Assembly: GCA_011109175.1 (NCBI GenBank)
Contig: RDEW01000007.1
Coordinates: 1,622,236-1,655,235 of the forward strand
Source: Dicyema japonicum
Lineage: Eukaryota > Animalia > Dicyemida
DNA: 33,000 nt
Reading direction: 5' to 3'
Shown here: positions 11,380 to 23,565 of the stretch, one piece after another
How positions within the stretch are numbered: the stretch's first letter is position 1
Layout: each line of letters opens with the position of its first letter
Notes under the pieces: model-generated
Databases searched by the model: none
What the model saw: only the letters and a program-made list of their open reading frames with translations
What the model was told of the DNA's origin: nothing
Translations under genes and position numbers: made by a program

Positions 11380-12690
11380 GAATTTCTTCATCCACACAAA
11401 ATTACACTTTTTTAACAAGAAAATGCTTGGAAATTTTCTTCCACTCCTTAAGGCAGAATACTTTCGACTTATTATATGTTTCTGTTTTCGGTTTACTATT
11501 CTTATTTTCAACGTTTTACATAAACTTTCAATTGGGATTATGCCATGGAGATTGGCTAGACGATTTCAAAATATTTATTATGTGGCGTCCTCCCAAGGTT
11601 ACTCATTTTGTGCTGATTACATTTTTCCTGTCAATCCACATGTCTCCATTCCTTATCAAAGAATTTGCAAAATGTCATTAACATTAATTGGTTTCTAATC
11701 AAAAATCAAAGAATTTATTAACTCTTAACTCTGTATTTTCTTGACACGACTCATGTTGACTATTTTCAATTTTCCTGATCCTGCATTAATCTGTGATAAA
11801 AATATTAAATAAACCTCTATTCGGTTGATTGACAAAATTTGAGTAATTTCACTTGGCCATTTTAAATCTGATTTTAATTCGCCAAAACGTTAAATTAGTT
11901 TTGGTGCTAAACATTAATATTCTATCGGTTCTTCTATGATTATCATAAATTAAAAAATTTTCTGAATCTGGCACAAGAGTTAAAGAGGATGGAATATCTC
12001 CGAGATCGAAAATATTTTTTGGACTAGCTAGAGACAAGCGTTGATTCCTTAGTTTTCGCTTGAAAAAATCTGCCAGAAGGGGGATAATTCTGGTTGCCGT
12101 TTCATTTGAATAGATTTATAAAGGGTTTAACAGACGACTTGACTTTTTTTCCGCATATAAAAAACAGCCTTTGGAATGTATTTCACTTACTCCTTTTTAT
12201 TATCCAAACTCATCATTTTCGACAAATCACTTTTGATCGTCTGGTTAAATCTTTCCACAATCTCCTAACTTTCGGATTGTTGGGTCTTCCATGTTTTTGC
12301 GTCACATTTAATTTTTTGCATAACTTTGTCATCTGACAATTCTTGAATTCTGTACCAGATTGTAAATATACACATGGACCGTATTACATGAAAATTTCTT
12401 GTAGTTTATGGATTGTGCCCACAATGCATCGGCCTCATGAATCTCCCGAGCGATTATTTTTATTTCTTCTATATTCGTGGAAACAATTACGAGCTTGTGT
12501 AGCCCATTTACATCCTTAAGATATAATTTTTACTTCTGTATCGGTTGAATGATTATGAATATTTTTCTGTTTCAGTGTGATCCCAGTTGATGAGATTAAA
12601 AGTAATGCTGGACATTTCAAGATACGTTTTCTACAACGCCACCTGGTATTTTGTCCAACAATTTTGTCTTGATAGAGAAATTTTTCGTGA
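11380..12690 (-). mobile_element. Degraded FLYWCH-MULE (Mutator-like) transposase, interrupted
   Basis: FLYWCH finger KFLYQDKIVGQNTRWRCRKRILKCPALL...HNH (~12520-12690). MULE-type DIPSSLT...ENFLIYDN..DRILMFSTKTNL (11850-12090). Decayed TNN.LEG.H-like segment near 11560-11620. Confidence 0.72.
12090..12515 (-). mobile_element. Retroviral-type integrase core fragment (Ginger/Gypsy-like) nested in the MULE
   Basis: AREIHEA (start of a zinc-binding-like region), then LQS-GTEFKNCQMTKLCKKLNVTQKHGRPNNPK and IVERFNQTIKSDLSK (integrase core D..E segment). The first catalytic Asp region is deleted. Confidence 0.7.
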
Positions 12691-12829
12691 ACTAAAATCT
12701 CTCCACCTCGTTGACTTTAACAAATTTAATGAAATTTATTTTAAAAATTATTTTGACTTTGTACTAAAAAGTGAATCAATAAAATGGTTAATTAGTGGCT
12801 AAAAGTAGGTAGATGCTGAAACAAATTAA

Positions 12830-13420
12830 TAATAATTCTGTATGATCGATGTCTCACAAAAAACTGGCGTCGCTTAGGTTTTCCTTATAGTATTCATGAA
12901 ATCCGCATTTTGGCGATCAGTCCTTTCTGCTACATTACTGCGCTTTGATGTCAAAATGATCATTTTTATGTATTTTTGGATCTCCGTAGGAAGACTTTTA
13001 TTATGTTAACTTCAATACTGCCTACTAACATCCATGCACACAAACAGACATGCAAATTTGATGTTCACAAACCATCTTTTGAGACAGCGAAAGTCTTTTT
13101 AGTCCATATTCTTGTAGTTCATGATTAGAGGCAGTTTCTTCTCAGTGAAGAGCAAGTCACGTGACTATTTACTTCAACAAAATAGAGCAAGAGTTTATGA
13201 AACTGTTGATAAAAGAAAACAACATATTCTTCCAGCGAAAGTATGTATTCGATAAATATACAAAGGCATTTTTGGCTGACATAACGTCAGAGACATTGGG
13301 TCTGAAAGTCGTGGTTTGAACCCGAAAAATGGACTTTTAAGCGAAGGTCAATTCTCGTAAAACAGATCTCACCCATGAGCCGACGAGTCTCTCTGCCACA
13401 ACACGGTAGTTGAAAAGTAT
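12830..13420 (-). mobile_element. Possible piggyBac-like transposase remnant
   Basis: Weak fragments only: FLLSTVS, PLIMNYKNM, KRWF..FVCMDVS and a Cys-rich tail. Heavily decayed; assignment uncertain. Confidence 0.3.
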
Positions 13421-15235
13421 CTTCCTACCTTCTCCCTGACCAAATCCAATGGTGAAGGTTGTCCATTATGAAACTCTTAGCCTAAGAATGAAGTGATGTA
13501 CGCAACGATAGGAGATGTGATGAAAATGGAAGAAGAAGGATCTACTTCTCCACCTCTCTTCTGAAGCGGAAACCTCTAATGGACTATTGGAGGATGGATT
13601 TGGTCGGCACAAGCAGACGTTCTTCCTTGGATTCCATCCATGGATTAATTAGATCCGACTGTTTGTACTAGACTTACCAAAAATTGCAAGTTTGAGGTTA
13701 ATAAGTAAAAATACAAAAGAATTAAAAATCTCAATAATTTGCAAGCATAAAACCGAAAAATCTGTGATAGGAGACTGTCTTTCTATTAGAGGAATTAACT
13801 TAATGAAAGTTATACGCCTAATTTATCAACCCGACCATCAGGCACAACTTTGCCGTTTGGGAGAGGAACCTGGTAAAAATGAACCTAGAATTGAAAACTT
13901 CCAATCCAACTTTACAAAAACGAAAATTAAGTATTCTCATTCCTCCTGTGCACCCTCAACCCGCATAAAAGAACCGTTATGGTTTTTGGATATTGATCCG
14001 CTTTTTCGGAAGAACTTGACGTCTTTGTCTCGCATCATCAATTTCATAGCTGCAGCAAGACAGAAATTAACATGAACCGCCCCAGGGACATCAAACTTAG
14101 TAAGTTCTTAAAACTCTAATCATATGTAACGATCCGCATCATTAAAGGAAAATGATAACGGACATAATGACCTGAATGATCTTCAATCCCAACAGCTTAC
14201 TTTTGATCCGTTTGTGTAGTTCACTCATCGAGATTTCGAGAATCCTAAAAAAGATGGAAAACACTGAAGGTTTCCTGAGCATCGAATAGATTTTTGCGGC
14301 ATGAATCGCCCAGCTATAGCAGTCCAAATCGAAAGTGAAGCAGGACCAACACATCAGAATTTTACTACGACCGGCATACCTTGTTGTCCTAAAACTTATA
14401 AATGACCAACTTAGTAAGTTTTGATGTTCAGAGAAACAAGAACAGTCTTTAAATGTGGCCTGGCGAGTTAAATCCTTCAGAAATAAATTGGATAGAGTCA
14501 TCAAGTGAGTCTAAGTTGAATGGCTTGCTCTAACCCAGAGCTTTTCAAAAAATAATTCTCGCGGCACACTAATCGTAAAAAAATAATCCACGGCACACAT
14601 TAAAAATAAAAAAATTAATTTTTTAAGATGTGTAAAACTAAGTACAAAAATCGGTAATTTAATGCCAAATTTTTATTAATAAAAAAATGAATTTTTAATT
14701 ATTATTGTTTTTGCATATATCATCAATATCAGGTCGAATGGTTAACAAAGGCACTCGCATTTCAGCACAAATCCGACGAAAAACAGTGTTATCTGACAAA
14801 GGTATCTTCATTATTTTTTGTTCATATTTATGACCAAACATAGTCCGAGCAATAATACGACAAGCAGGGATTATCAAGTTTTCGCCAATATTGTGAGGTT
14901 TTAGTTGTTTTGCTATCACTTCTGAGATCAGGTATGAACATTTCAATGATTCCTTTGTGTTTAAAAAAGTTTCACTGAACATCATTTGACTAGATCTACG
15001 ATTCATAGTAAAAACCAAATAATACTTAAGTTGTTTTTTTTCAAATGGATAAAATAATCGACAGATCTTTCGGAATAGTCCGGATGCTTGGAAGTAAAAT
15101 GTCTCTTTAGTTTGCTAGAAACCATAGCATCACTTGCCAAAAATCCATGCAAATTAGACATTGAGGTAGTTTATTTTTATTTTTCATATACATCCAAATG
15201 ACAAATAAGAATCTTTATAAGAACGACGAACTGAT

Positions 15236-15991
15236 TTACCCATAAGCACGTTGATGCGCACGTTATTAAAAAATTAATAAATAATGGTTAACCAATGTAA
15301 ATGTCAAATAGAAGGAAGTACTTGTTTGTCCCATTTGATGTTGAAACGGCAAGAATCCTGGCTCACAAGCGGAAAATCTACTCCGTCGGATCGGCTTGAT
15401 GATCCAAAGGGTCACCAAGGATCCACGTGCGACTGGATGGCTTCGAGAGCATATCTCGATAACTATTATCAGAAGAAACTCATCTTAGAAAAATACAAAA
15501 ATATTTTGTGGTTTAAACGGAAAATCTAAAAATATTTCATTTTTGGGCCCAAACGGAGGTAAAATGATAGAGTTCATAAAGATCGGTCCCTATGTTGGTA
15601 GAGGTCGAAATCTCAATGTCAAACTGAGATTTTAAAGATAAATTCGTGGTTAGGGACCACGAGTGCTGGTCCCCAGGTTAGAATAGATCGAAATTGTCAT
15701 TTCTTTATTAATCTTAATAGCTGATTAACATAAAGAGGGGGGTGAAAACTTCCAAGGAATTATAGGGGATGTATTTTTTCAAATTTTGAAAATTAAAGAA
15801 TTTTGATTAAAATTGATAAAATAGTTAAAATTTTAAAATTTAAATTTTTAAATGTTTTCGAGAATTGTTGTTCTAAGAAATGGTCTTAATAACAACAAAT
15901 TCGGGGTACGTCTGTAAAAATTACCCATAAGCACGTTGATGCGCACGTTATTAAAAAATTAATAAATAATGGTTAACCAATGTAAATGTCA
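15236..15991 (+). repeat. Perfect 71-bp direct repeat (15236-15306 and 15921-15991)
   Basis: Both copies read TTACCCATAAGCACGTTGATGCGCACGTTATTAAAAAATTAATAAATAATGGTTAACCAATGTAAATGTCA. Confidence 0.97.
15307..15920 (+). mobile_element. CRE-like 3' fragment inserted in the hAT, between the 71-bp repeats
   Basis: KYLFVPFDVETARI / SQAENLLRRIGLMIQRVTKDPRATGWLREHISITIIRRNSS*, then ~430 nt non-coding ending in AAAAA directly before the second repeat. Confidence 0.83.
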
Positions 15992-17299
15992 TTTAATGTA
16001 TAATAAAAAAATGATTATTTTAATTTTAGTAATTATTTTAATTCGTTTATCTTTTTAAATTAATTAGGTCAAAAATGTATATAAATTTATTCAAAATTTG
16101 TATTTTGGCAGGCGGCACACTAGAAATTGTCTTGCGGCACACCGTTTGACAACCTCTGCTCTAACCCATGTTGAAAAGCAGACATTTGGATTTGATCCCC
16201 TTCGAGAATTTTTGAAACCGCGCATAGTATTGATGCCGGTTTGTAAGTTCCTCTGCGGGTTACCTGCCTTTCGAGCTGGTATGTGCCTGAACTCTTCCAA
16301 ATTTCTTGGATACAGTTCGTATTTATCGACATACTGAATATTAGAACCTATATCTCCTTCGACTGAGGGCCCAGATTCCCCAGTTTCATAGTGGATATGA
16401 ATCCGGTCCTCTGGCTTCGGATTTCCTCGACCTGGATATTGTCCGACGAACATCCGCACTGGAGAATAAGATCCAGTCTGTGGAGATTACTGATTTAATC
16501 ATCCTCAAGTAAACACGGTGATATCTGAGATAACCTTGTGAAAAAACTGAAGCACAATAGTTAATCAAAGTGTTGGGATTAACACGGATTTTTCAAGATG
16601 TTGTGCAGCGGGGGATTTGATGGATTTGACCGTATTCCAGAGCCTTCTAACAAATGGGTTTGCGGAGAGATATTAGGATGGCTTCGTCCATCGTTTTGTG
16701 CTCGTTGCTTTGATTTGTCTATTTTTCTGTTTAGCGTATGTATTCTACGATGTCTTAATTTTTAGAGGATTCTCCTTCAAAATGTACCGTTTTTTGATCA
16801 CGAGTTTTTTTCCGTACACCGAAAGTTCTTGACGGGAAAAGACGTCGGCCCATTTGGATGGATAACTTCCTTGTTTTGAGGACAATCATATTGAACCGTT
16901 TAACCATTTGTTCAACTGAGGTTGTAATGTGAAGCCGAAAAGACCTTCCACCTTTTATCATGGGCCTGTGCTGCCAGCAGTAAGTGATGTTTCACATTGA
17001 AGTCACCACAGATAATCACATACTTCAGTAAGGAGAGATATGAAAATCTGAATGCACAGGAGGAATAGGAACTTAAGGTGGAAGATATCCGTTGACTAAT
17101 GTTAAACAAGTTTGGGGAATCAGATTTTGGTTGCCACAAGTTCGAGACTTCCATTTATGGAGCATAGTGTAGACATAGTGATATCCTAGTACGGAATTCT
17201 GTTAAGAATGACAGTAAGAAGGCCTCAACCGAATTTCTAAGTCTGTGAATCCTGGAACCTGGCGTTGCATTGCTGGAGAAAGTTTAAACTTTTAAAGTA

Positions 17300-18740
17300 A
17301 TAATATACATTTCTAGACAAATTGGATAACTTAGAGGAAAAGTAGAAAGTTTCCAACTAAGTGATCCTAGGCGGCAAGGAAGTCGTCCACTGTAACCTGT
17401 CTCATTGGGCAGTATCCGCTCGCACTTTTAGTACATAGCGATGTATCTTGAGAATGTTTCATGCAGAGTGTTGTTTGGGCTTTTGGCTGCCCTTAGTATC
17501 TTCCTCTTCTTTTAGGCAATTTGGTTCTCCGTGGAGACAGGCTATTTCCGGTCCCGCTACTCTCGCAGCGGCCGTCTGGATTGCTGACAGTTTCAGCGGG
17601 AGATGGACACTGTCTAAGAGGGCCTGGAATATCGTAGCATTGGCCTTATGAATTGTCATAAGATAGTCTTTAATGATCCCGTTTTTCTTTCAGACCCCTA
17701 GCGACGATATTGAACACCTCCATTTTCTTCGTCGCAGCCAATATAGTGTTTTCGACGTGTTTTTAAAAAAGACTCTCTAATCAAAGGTGACCCTAAGAAT
17801 CTTCGGTGTTTTGTTAATAAGAATAGCCTCGTTCTTGATAAAGATTCTTGGCTCGACACAGAGCTGTCTTTTGTAGTTGGTAAAATCATGACAAAGGACT
17901 TTGTTGCTGATGTGTCGATCCTCCATATCAAGAGCCAAACTCCCATCTTGTCAAGCATTTGTTGGGCGAACTAAGTAGCTGATTGAATGCTTTTGTCCTT
18001 GGAAGCAAGAATAATGTCGTCGACATAGGAGAGGACTAGACATTTTTCATTACAGGTTTGTGGCATGTCGTTATTGTAGAGGTTGAAGATTTGGGGTGAC
18101 AGTGGGGAGCATCGAGGGACTCCATTTGGAAGGTACGAGATCTTGATTTGATGTTGTTGCAGAGTACTTGTACTCGTCTTCCATTTAGTAGGTTCCCAAG
18201 CCAACGCTTCATGTTTGGGTGGATGTTCGTTTCAAATATCTTCTTACTGAGGAGTTTCCTGTGGACTGAATCGAACTATTTTGTGATTTCCACGGATATA
18301 AGGACTGTTCTTTAATGAGGTTTGGGGGAGTTGAATCCTCCCGCAATAAATTGTGTAATGGTGATGAGTTTTGTTGTGGTCGAATGGTTACTCCAGAATC
18401 CGTGTTGGGTCGAAGTATTGAGATTGAATCCTGCATCTATTCCAGAACAAGCCTTTGGAGGATCCTTGAGACCGGGCTCAGGTTAGATATTGGACGATAG
18501 GATTATGGTTCATTCATTGGTTAGGTTTTCGAATTGGTTTTATTAGAGACTTCTTCCATATTTCAAGGATTATGTCCATGTTGATGGATAGGTTGAAGAT
18601 ATAGGCTAATAGTTCCAGGGCTTGATGGACCAGGTGCTTTAGTTAACATGTTGTTATGTTGTCTGGCCCTCTGTCTCCTAAGTTGTTAGTTTTAAATATG
18701 ACCTTGGGGAATCTTGACTAGTAAAGAGGATCCAGTCATT
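17300..18740 (-). mobile_element. Non-LTR retrotransposon RT remnant
   Basis: GPDNIT, YIFNLSI, SYRPISNLSPVSRIL, QHGFWSNHSTT, GFNSPKPH.RTVLISVEI, NGVPRCSPLSPQIFNLY, SYVDDIIL (18016-18027). Confidence 0.9.
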
Positions 18741-18918
18741 GGAGCTTTTTAGCTCCATCTATTTTAGTATAAATACGACAAAGAAATGAGAAAAATGTAA
18801 AGCAGAACCAAAAATTCAATTTTTTGTAAATAATTAAAATATTAGAAAATAAATTAATTTCAAATTAATAATATTAACATTAATTTCAAAGTTTAAGTTG
18901 AAATAATTAGATAAATTA

Positions 18919-21900
18919 ATGGATTTAAGCATTGTAAGCTAATATTTGAATAAATTAAGATTCCCTCTGATTTTTTAAGCCAGGACAACGAATGTGGACA
19001 GTCCCTGCTAAAATTGGTGGCCAGGGGTCATGCAATAATCGCTGAGATAACACGTCTCTCAGCATTCGTTCCTCCAATCTTCCGACTCGACTCTTCTAAT
19101 GTAGAGACTCCAAAATACCAACAAATTTTGATGGATTTTTCATATTTTTTGACCCCAGCTTTCTATGACTCCCAAATTGAGACAAATCAGGTTGCTTTTG
19201 GTCGAATTGGTAGAAACTACTGGAACTCGACCGAGAATTCAAGGATAATTACTTCGACATTATTTTGAGGTTTTACGCCGTTTTTGAGTCTATTTACAAG
19301 TATGGAGTTGATATTAGTCGGTACCTTATTTTTTGACTCCAGCTTCGTGGAGGGACTCGACGACGGAGTCTACATTCAGCTAAGTTTGGAGACTGTTTTC
19401 CAAAACAGTGACGGAAAACAGCTTCTTGTTCAACATTTCCTCAATTTTAGTGCGAATTGCTTTACTTGTATGGAATTATGCTATACTTGCTCGACGTCTC
19501 CATCGACGGATTTGTAAGGGAACGGCTTCTGGTTGCCTACTACCGATATGGGTGAGTCCTCTTTGTTATATGTCTGTTCTCACCGATCCTCTCCTGATTC
19601 CGCGGTAGATCAAGTCGGTAAGTTAATCCGCAGTATAGCTCCCGCATCGAAGACAATGACAACTCCGGTGGACGCTTATTATGCGTATAAACTAATGTAT
19701 TACCTCCGTAGTCGACTACCCATCTCAGAGGTCTATATTTCTCTGGTCATCGCCAAACTGAGAGCGGATGAGCTTTATGGACAGAGTGAGACCTTTCCTC
19801 TGCCTGAGGAACGGTCAGCCGCCTACTCTGGACAGGCTGCCATGCTTTGCGTCGCCCTCTTTTTCTATCCTTCAATACTCCATGAGAAAAAGGTCATCAT
19901 GAGGGAGATTGTGGACCGTTTCTTTCCCGATAATTGGGTATTTGGAGTGATTATGGAAGATTATAACACTATACACGGGGGTGACCGTCAATTTGATAAA
20001 TCTTTGGGCTCCTTATAAGTCTGCTTTTACTGCTCTGTTGAATACCCTCCAGATGGACAATATCAGAAACCAAGTTTGGAGGTGTTATATTCCGCTAGAT
20101 CACGGCATATATTGACCCCATTCCTGAACTGACGGATTCTATAATAAAGTATTTACGAGCTGGGGCTATGGAGAAGGATGTGGTCTCCAATAATATTGAC
20201 AACCTCTTGGGACTTGTAAGAAGGGCTAATGTGTCTCTCCGATGGTCTATGTTGCATGTGGATAATTCTGACGGTTCTTCTTTGGGGTAACTAAAGCTTT
20301 GAGAGGACAAGAGACTAACAAAAAACGGTGGAGGCAGTTGGGAGATGTTTTGTCCCAGGTTATCCCCCGGAATGGAATACTGAAGCTCTTCATTGCTATA
20401 TCCCAGCTGGAATTCGAGCTCTTTGCTGTTTGATAGTAACTAATCCCAGACTTTTGAACTGTTGATCAAAAAACGTGAGGAGACCTGGCACCACAACAAG
20501 GGAGTTTGTACGAAAATCCTGACGAGGCTTTCCAAGGCCTTTGACGGAACGGTTTCTTTGGCAGAATTTGAGAAGAACGGTATATTTGAGGATAATTTAA
20601 GAATCTTATCAACGGTGGTTTATGCGGGTGAGTAAACTTGTGAACTCTCTCGACTTCTCCGACGGAATGGCCGTGGGAAGAAAGATTGCCAGCGTTATAA
20701 ACGCCATCCAAAATGTGGATATCCCTGTTATTTCCAGATTTCCGGGTACAAGGAGCTCCAAGGAAATCTCCAGGCCATTCAGTTGCTTAGCACAGTCGAG
20801 AAATCCATGCACAAGATGTTCCGAGCGGCTAATACAAAGAGTGACCTGCTGAACCTGCTTCAGGCAATCTCAGACGCGCCATATTTGTGGCCCACCCTCA
20901 AGCAGTACTTATTTTGGTAACCTCAGGTATGTTGAGTTGCTTCAGTCCTCCATAAAAGAGGATCCTTCAACGGTAATACAACTCAGAGCTGCCTTCCTTA
21001 AAGTTGTGAATTACTTTGACATAGATTGCCTCAGTTTTGAACTATCCCCTGATTAGAATAAATGAGGCCTCCTCCCCCGACTTGGAATCAGTCTCTCAGC
21101 ATTACTCGACCATGCTGGTCAGGTTCATAGAGGGAATCCTTCAGGTTGTCCTCTTTTTTGATACGAAGATCATTCCCAAAACCATAATTGATAAACTAAG
21201 CCAAGTCTCCACTTTTCTGAGCCACGATCTGAGGGAATTGCCTACAAGAATGCTAAAAAGCGAAATCAAGGATTATATTCAACTGGATAAGAGATATAAG
21301 GTGGTTTGAAACTTTACACCAGATAGCAGAGATCACGAACTCAATCTCCCTTATGGCACAGGGAATTCTTCTCATTGAAACAACGCTCGTTGGAGTTGTT
21401 AAGGTTATTCACGTGAGCTAATCTTAGATTGATTTTAAGGACCTGCTTGATAGCGGAATTAGAAGGGAAGTAGTAAACTTTCTATCCCTGACCTTCTACA
21501 ATGGGCTGGCCCTTCCATTTGCGAAGAAGGTTACCTCTGAGAGTCATCTGTAGGGAAGTACTGGACCTGCCAACTTTGAGGAAGTCCTCACTACAGTGTC
21601 TCGACAAATTGAGTCATTTACACGTGCCCTTGAGTACGGACAGGACTATATTTGTGTGCAAGGACTAAGGATATGGCAGAAGAGCTAACAAGGACAGTCT
21701 TGTATTATGTGGAGAAGGAATGCAACGTTTTCTTAAGAAATAAGGTATTTTGCACTCTTTATGAGTAGATTCACGACTGGTCCAGTTTATACCAATCTAG
21801 AAAGATCCCCATTACTTTTTACTGTCTCCCTGGACTGGTGAATTCCTCCTTTGTTGGAAGACTTGCCGACCAGTTATTGGAGTTGACTGATCCCTGGTTT

Positions 21901-23033
21901 TCTCTTCTCTTATTTCTAGTAAGACATACTTTGAACTGAATCCAGGCATGTGGATGCTATTTAAAGGCGGCAAGTCTCTGGATATCACTATATTTGATTT
22001 ACTTCAAGTATTATATAAACCCATGTGTGCAGGAAAGTGTGGATGTCCCTGGTCTGAGCGGACTGAGTAGATTCTTTGGACTCATGATTTGTTATTTACT
22101 GCAGAAAGTGGCTTCCCAGTTAGCCCAAATTAGGAATACTGACTCTCACATGTCTTCAGTGTTGAAATTACTGCCTGAGATGCTCAATAAGTATGACAAC
22201 GACAGTGAATGTAAGATATTTACACATGTGCTAGTTTCAAACTACCTGGGACTCTGCTTTGACAGATTTTCAAAGAATTTTGTCGCCTTGTTGAAAGATA
22301 TTGGCACAGTTTGGCTTTGTGTCATTTTGAGATTGGGCAACTTCAAATATTGCGAAAGCAGATCGCCCTTAAACTTCGCAGTCTATTTAAACTGTACTCA
22401 GACAGACTGGAGACAACCCTTAGAACATTTGACAAGTAATGCCACGTTTGTAGTCTAGAGCACTGATGGTGTCTGTTCACAAATACTATGAGGATTCGTC
22501 CAAACCTGATGTCAGTAATAAAGTTCTGGCTGAATTGAACCCATTTCTCGAATTGGGAGGCTTCTCTGATCCGTACAATAAGGTTGTCCCCTGTTTTTGT
22601 GGTAGATTTACTCGACTCCTCCCAATATTTCTGATCTTGCAGCAATGTGCACTACCTTTGTGATGTCTGTGCACAAAAAGCTCATTTTTAATGGACAGGG
22701 TATAGTCGAGTGTAATGGGAAGCTGTGAAAGGGACTCGTGTAGTGGACGGAACTGCCTTTGTGATTGGATTGGGAACTCTGTTGAGACAGCATCATCCGA
22801 ATGTGGGGAAGGAGGTCCTCGAGTTGTGCTGCCTCTGTTTGGGGCAGTTTAAAAAGATGAAAGATCCTCAGTTTGAGATTATTTTAACGTCCATTAGTGA
22901 GGATGAAACTTTTGATTTGTTTGTCCAAAAAATGATCAAGGAGGGATTTTTTGAAATAGACAACGTGGATGAGCACATTCCGTTATACTCTATTGCTTTC
23001 TCTAGTCGAAATGGAGTCACAAAAATGAATTAA
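18919..23033 (+). CDS. WASHC5: Strumpellin (WASH complex subunit 5), ~1168 aa, 27 exons
   Basis: Spliced translation follows strumpellin throughout ([54 protein letters not shown]). Introns: 18934-59, 19191-213, 19321-42, 19428-50, 19552-76 (GT-TG), 19685-711, 19938-59, 20074-98, 20274-96, 20428-49, 20580-601, 20715-37, 20905-26, 21003-24, 21145-68, 21301-22, 21404-27, 21530-53, 21745-68, 21897-919, 22008-32, 22211-34, 22309-31, 22436-58, 22583-605, 22700-22. One base is missing near 21679; restoring it gives exactly 1169 codons. Confidence 0.95.
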
Positions 23034-23565
23034 TATTTAAGATTTTTTAATATTTTTGATTGAGCTTGATTCAGTATATTTAATTATGTTAGTTTGAACA
23101 CGTGGGTGGGTTTTGTCGGTGGCAGAATAACTAACCTGTGAGGACTTTGTGTGAGATCACAAGAGGTTGACAACTCGTATGTGAAAAACAACCAAGGAGT
23201 GTTAAAATGGCGTGTGGTCTTGTTATTGATTAAAATTATCAAAATTGGGTCAAGGAACAGACAATAAACACATGTGTCATTTGTGAAGAATTTAAAAATT
23301 CTCTTGCCCATTATCATTAAATTTTATCGCGTCATAATTAAAATAACAATAAAATTTAGAATGTAATTAATTTGCTGAATAGGATAATCTCATAAATTTG
23401 TTACCAAAATAGTACCACGTTGTTGCGTTATTTAACATTTAACGTTTTCTAAATTTGTCTTCGTTACATTATTCTATACATAAACTGTTGTACGGTAAAT
23501 TCAGTTGGTTTGTGGTTATTAGCTATATATTTAACATTGTTGTACTTTCTTTTGACAATTAGCAA

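Larger units (their letters stand above)
14536..16158 (-). mobile_element. Buster/Charlie-type hAT DNA transposon, internally deleted
   Basis: TIRs CAGAGCTTTTCAAA (14536-49) and TTTGACAACCTCTG (16145-58), 12/14 match. Perfect 8-bp TSD CTCTAACC (14528-35, 16159-66) with central TA. Subterminal CGGCACAC repeats at both ends. Transposase from ATG at 15243: BED finger PQCLIC..KLKRHFTSKHP, then KPHNIGENLIIPAC..IPLSDNTVFRRI. Confidence 0.95.
14380..17290 (-). mobile_element. APE-RT non-LTR retrotransposon remnant split by the hAT insertion
   Basis: Endonuclease GLLTVILNRIPY and IICGDFNVKH (16950-17250). RT IWKSS..YKPASILCAVSKILE..QHG (16170-16320) continues after the hAT as LMTLSN/FISEGFNSPGH (14400-14527). 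Confidence 0.8.

Noticed and set aside
14100-14270. Ubiquitin-specific protease-like motifs (DAQE, HSGHY, FND) on the minus strand
   Set aside because: The motifs are too close together, need frame changes, and there is no Cys box; likely chance.
15236-15991. 71-bp repeats as LTRs of a small LTR element
   Set aside because: The repeat contains the hAT transposase start codon, there is no primer-binding site or polypurine tract, and the interior is non-LTR sequence.
21634-21662. 29-nt GT-AG intron that would repair the strumpellin frameshift
   Set aside because: It would delete the conserved [10 protein letters not shown] segment and scramble LRIWQ; a single missing base explains the data better.
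1098-22796. Many ORF-track entries as independent genes (e.g. 1098-1370, 5965-6183, 16098-16337, 18315-18500, 20095-20310, 20466-20812, 22343-22796)
   Set aside because: They are antisense or off-frame shadows of retroelement or host coding sequence with no recognisable domains.
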